A DNA stretch of 64,000 bases from Balanoglossus misakiensis (Eukaryota; Animalia; Hemichordata): contig CM082579.2 in assembly GCA_040954595.2 (NCBI GenBank), forward strand, positions 9,847,625 through 9,911,624, in the 5' to 3' direction. The position numbers were made by a program, and so were the translations under genes. Under the pieces are notes generated by a model, which had not been told where the DNA came from, searched no databases, and saw only the letters and a list, made by a program, of their open reading frames with translations. Positions 63,902 through 64,000 of this stretch are shown here, in pieces (the first letter of the stretch is position 1; each line of letters starts with the position of its first letter).

Positions 63902-64000
63902 CTAAATACAAGACAATAAATTCAGGAATTTATCAGTAACTATAATAGAGAGGAAAATCAACAGCCACAAATTGTGCGGGCGGATTAACATTAAAAGGTG

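Overview
Intron-rich animal genomic DNA (GT-AG introns, long microsatellites, TIR elements). The gene content suggests a marine invertebrate, possibly an ambulacrarian or amphioxus-like deuterostome; this is inference only. From left to right the window holds: (1) the 3' end of a large Fn3-like-repeat gene (+); (2) a 13-14 kb near-identical direct duplication (3552-17944 and 19172-31962), each copy carrying a secreted S8A subtilisin (proteinase K/aqualysin-like) gene with two hevein-like chitin-binding exons; (3) a TRIM-NHL gene with an intronless CDS (-), head-to-head with (4) an arylsulfatase B/I/J-like gene with a predicted type II membrane anchor (+); (5) a frameshifted pentraxin exon; (6) an N-myristoylation-motif DUF4062-NACHT/STAND-TPR gene (-); and (7) a third, 5'-truncated subtilisin paralog whose C-terminus is four 'DGxCDDGG' six-cysteine modules instead of hevein domains. 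The best candidate for something undescribed is this protease family with swappable phase-1 recognition exons. One hevein exon differs at 10 of 57 residues between the two duplicates while its flanking introns are identical. Exon boundaries were read by eye, and the duplication could be an uncollapsed haplotype.
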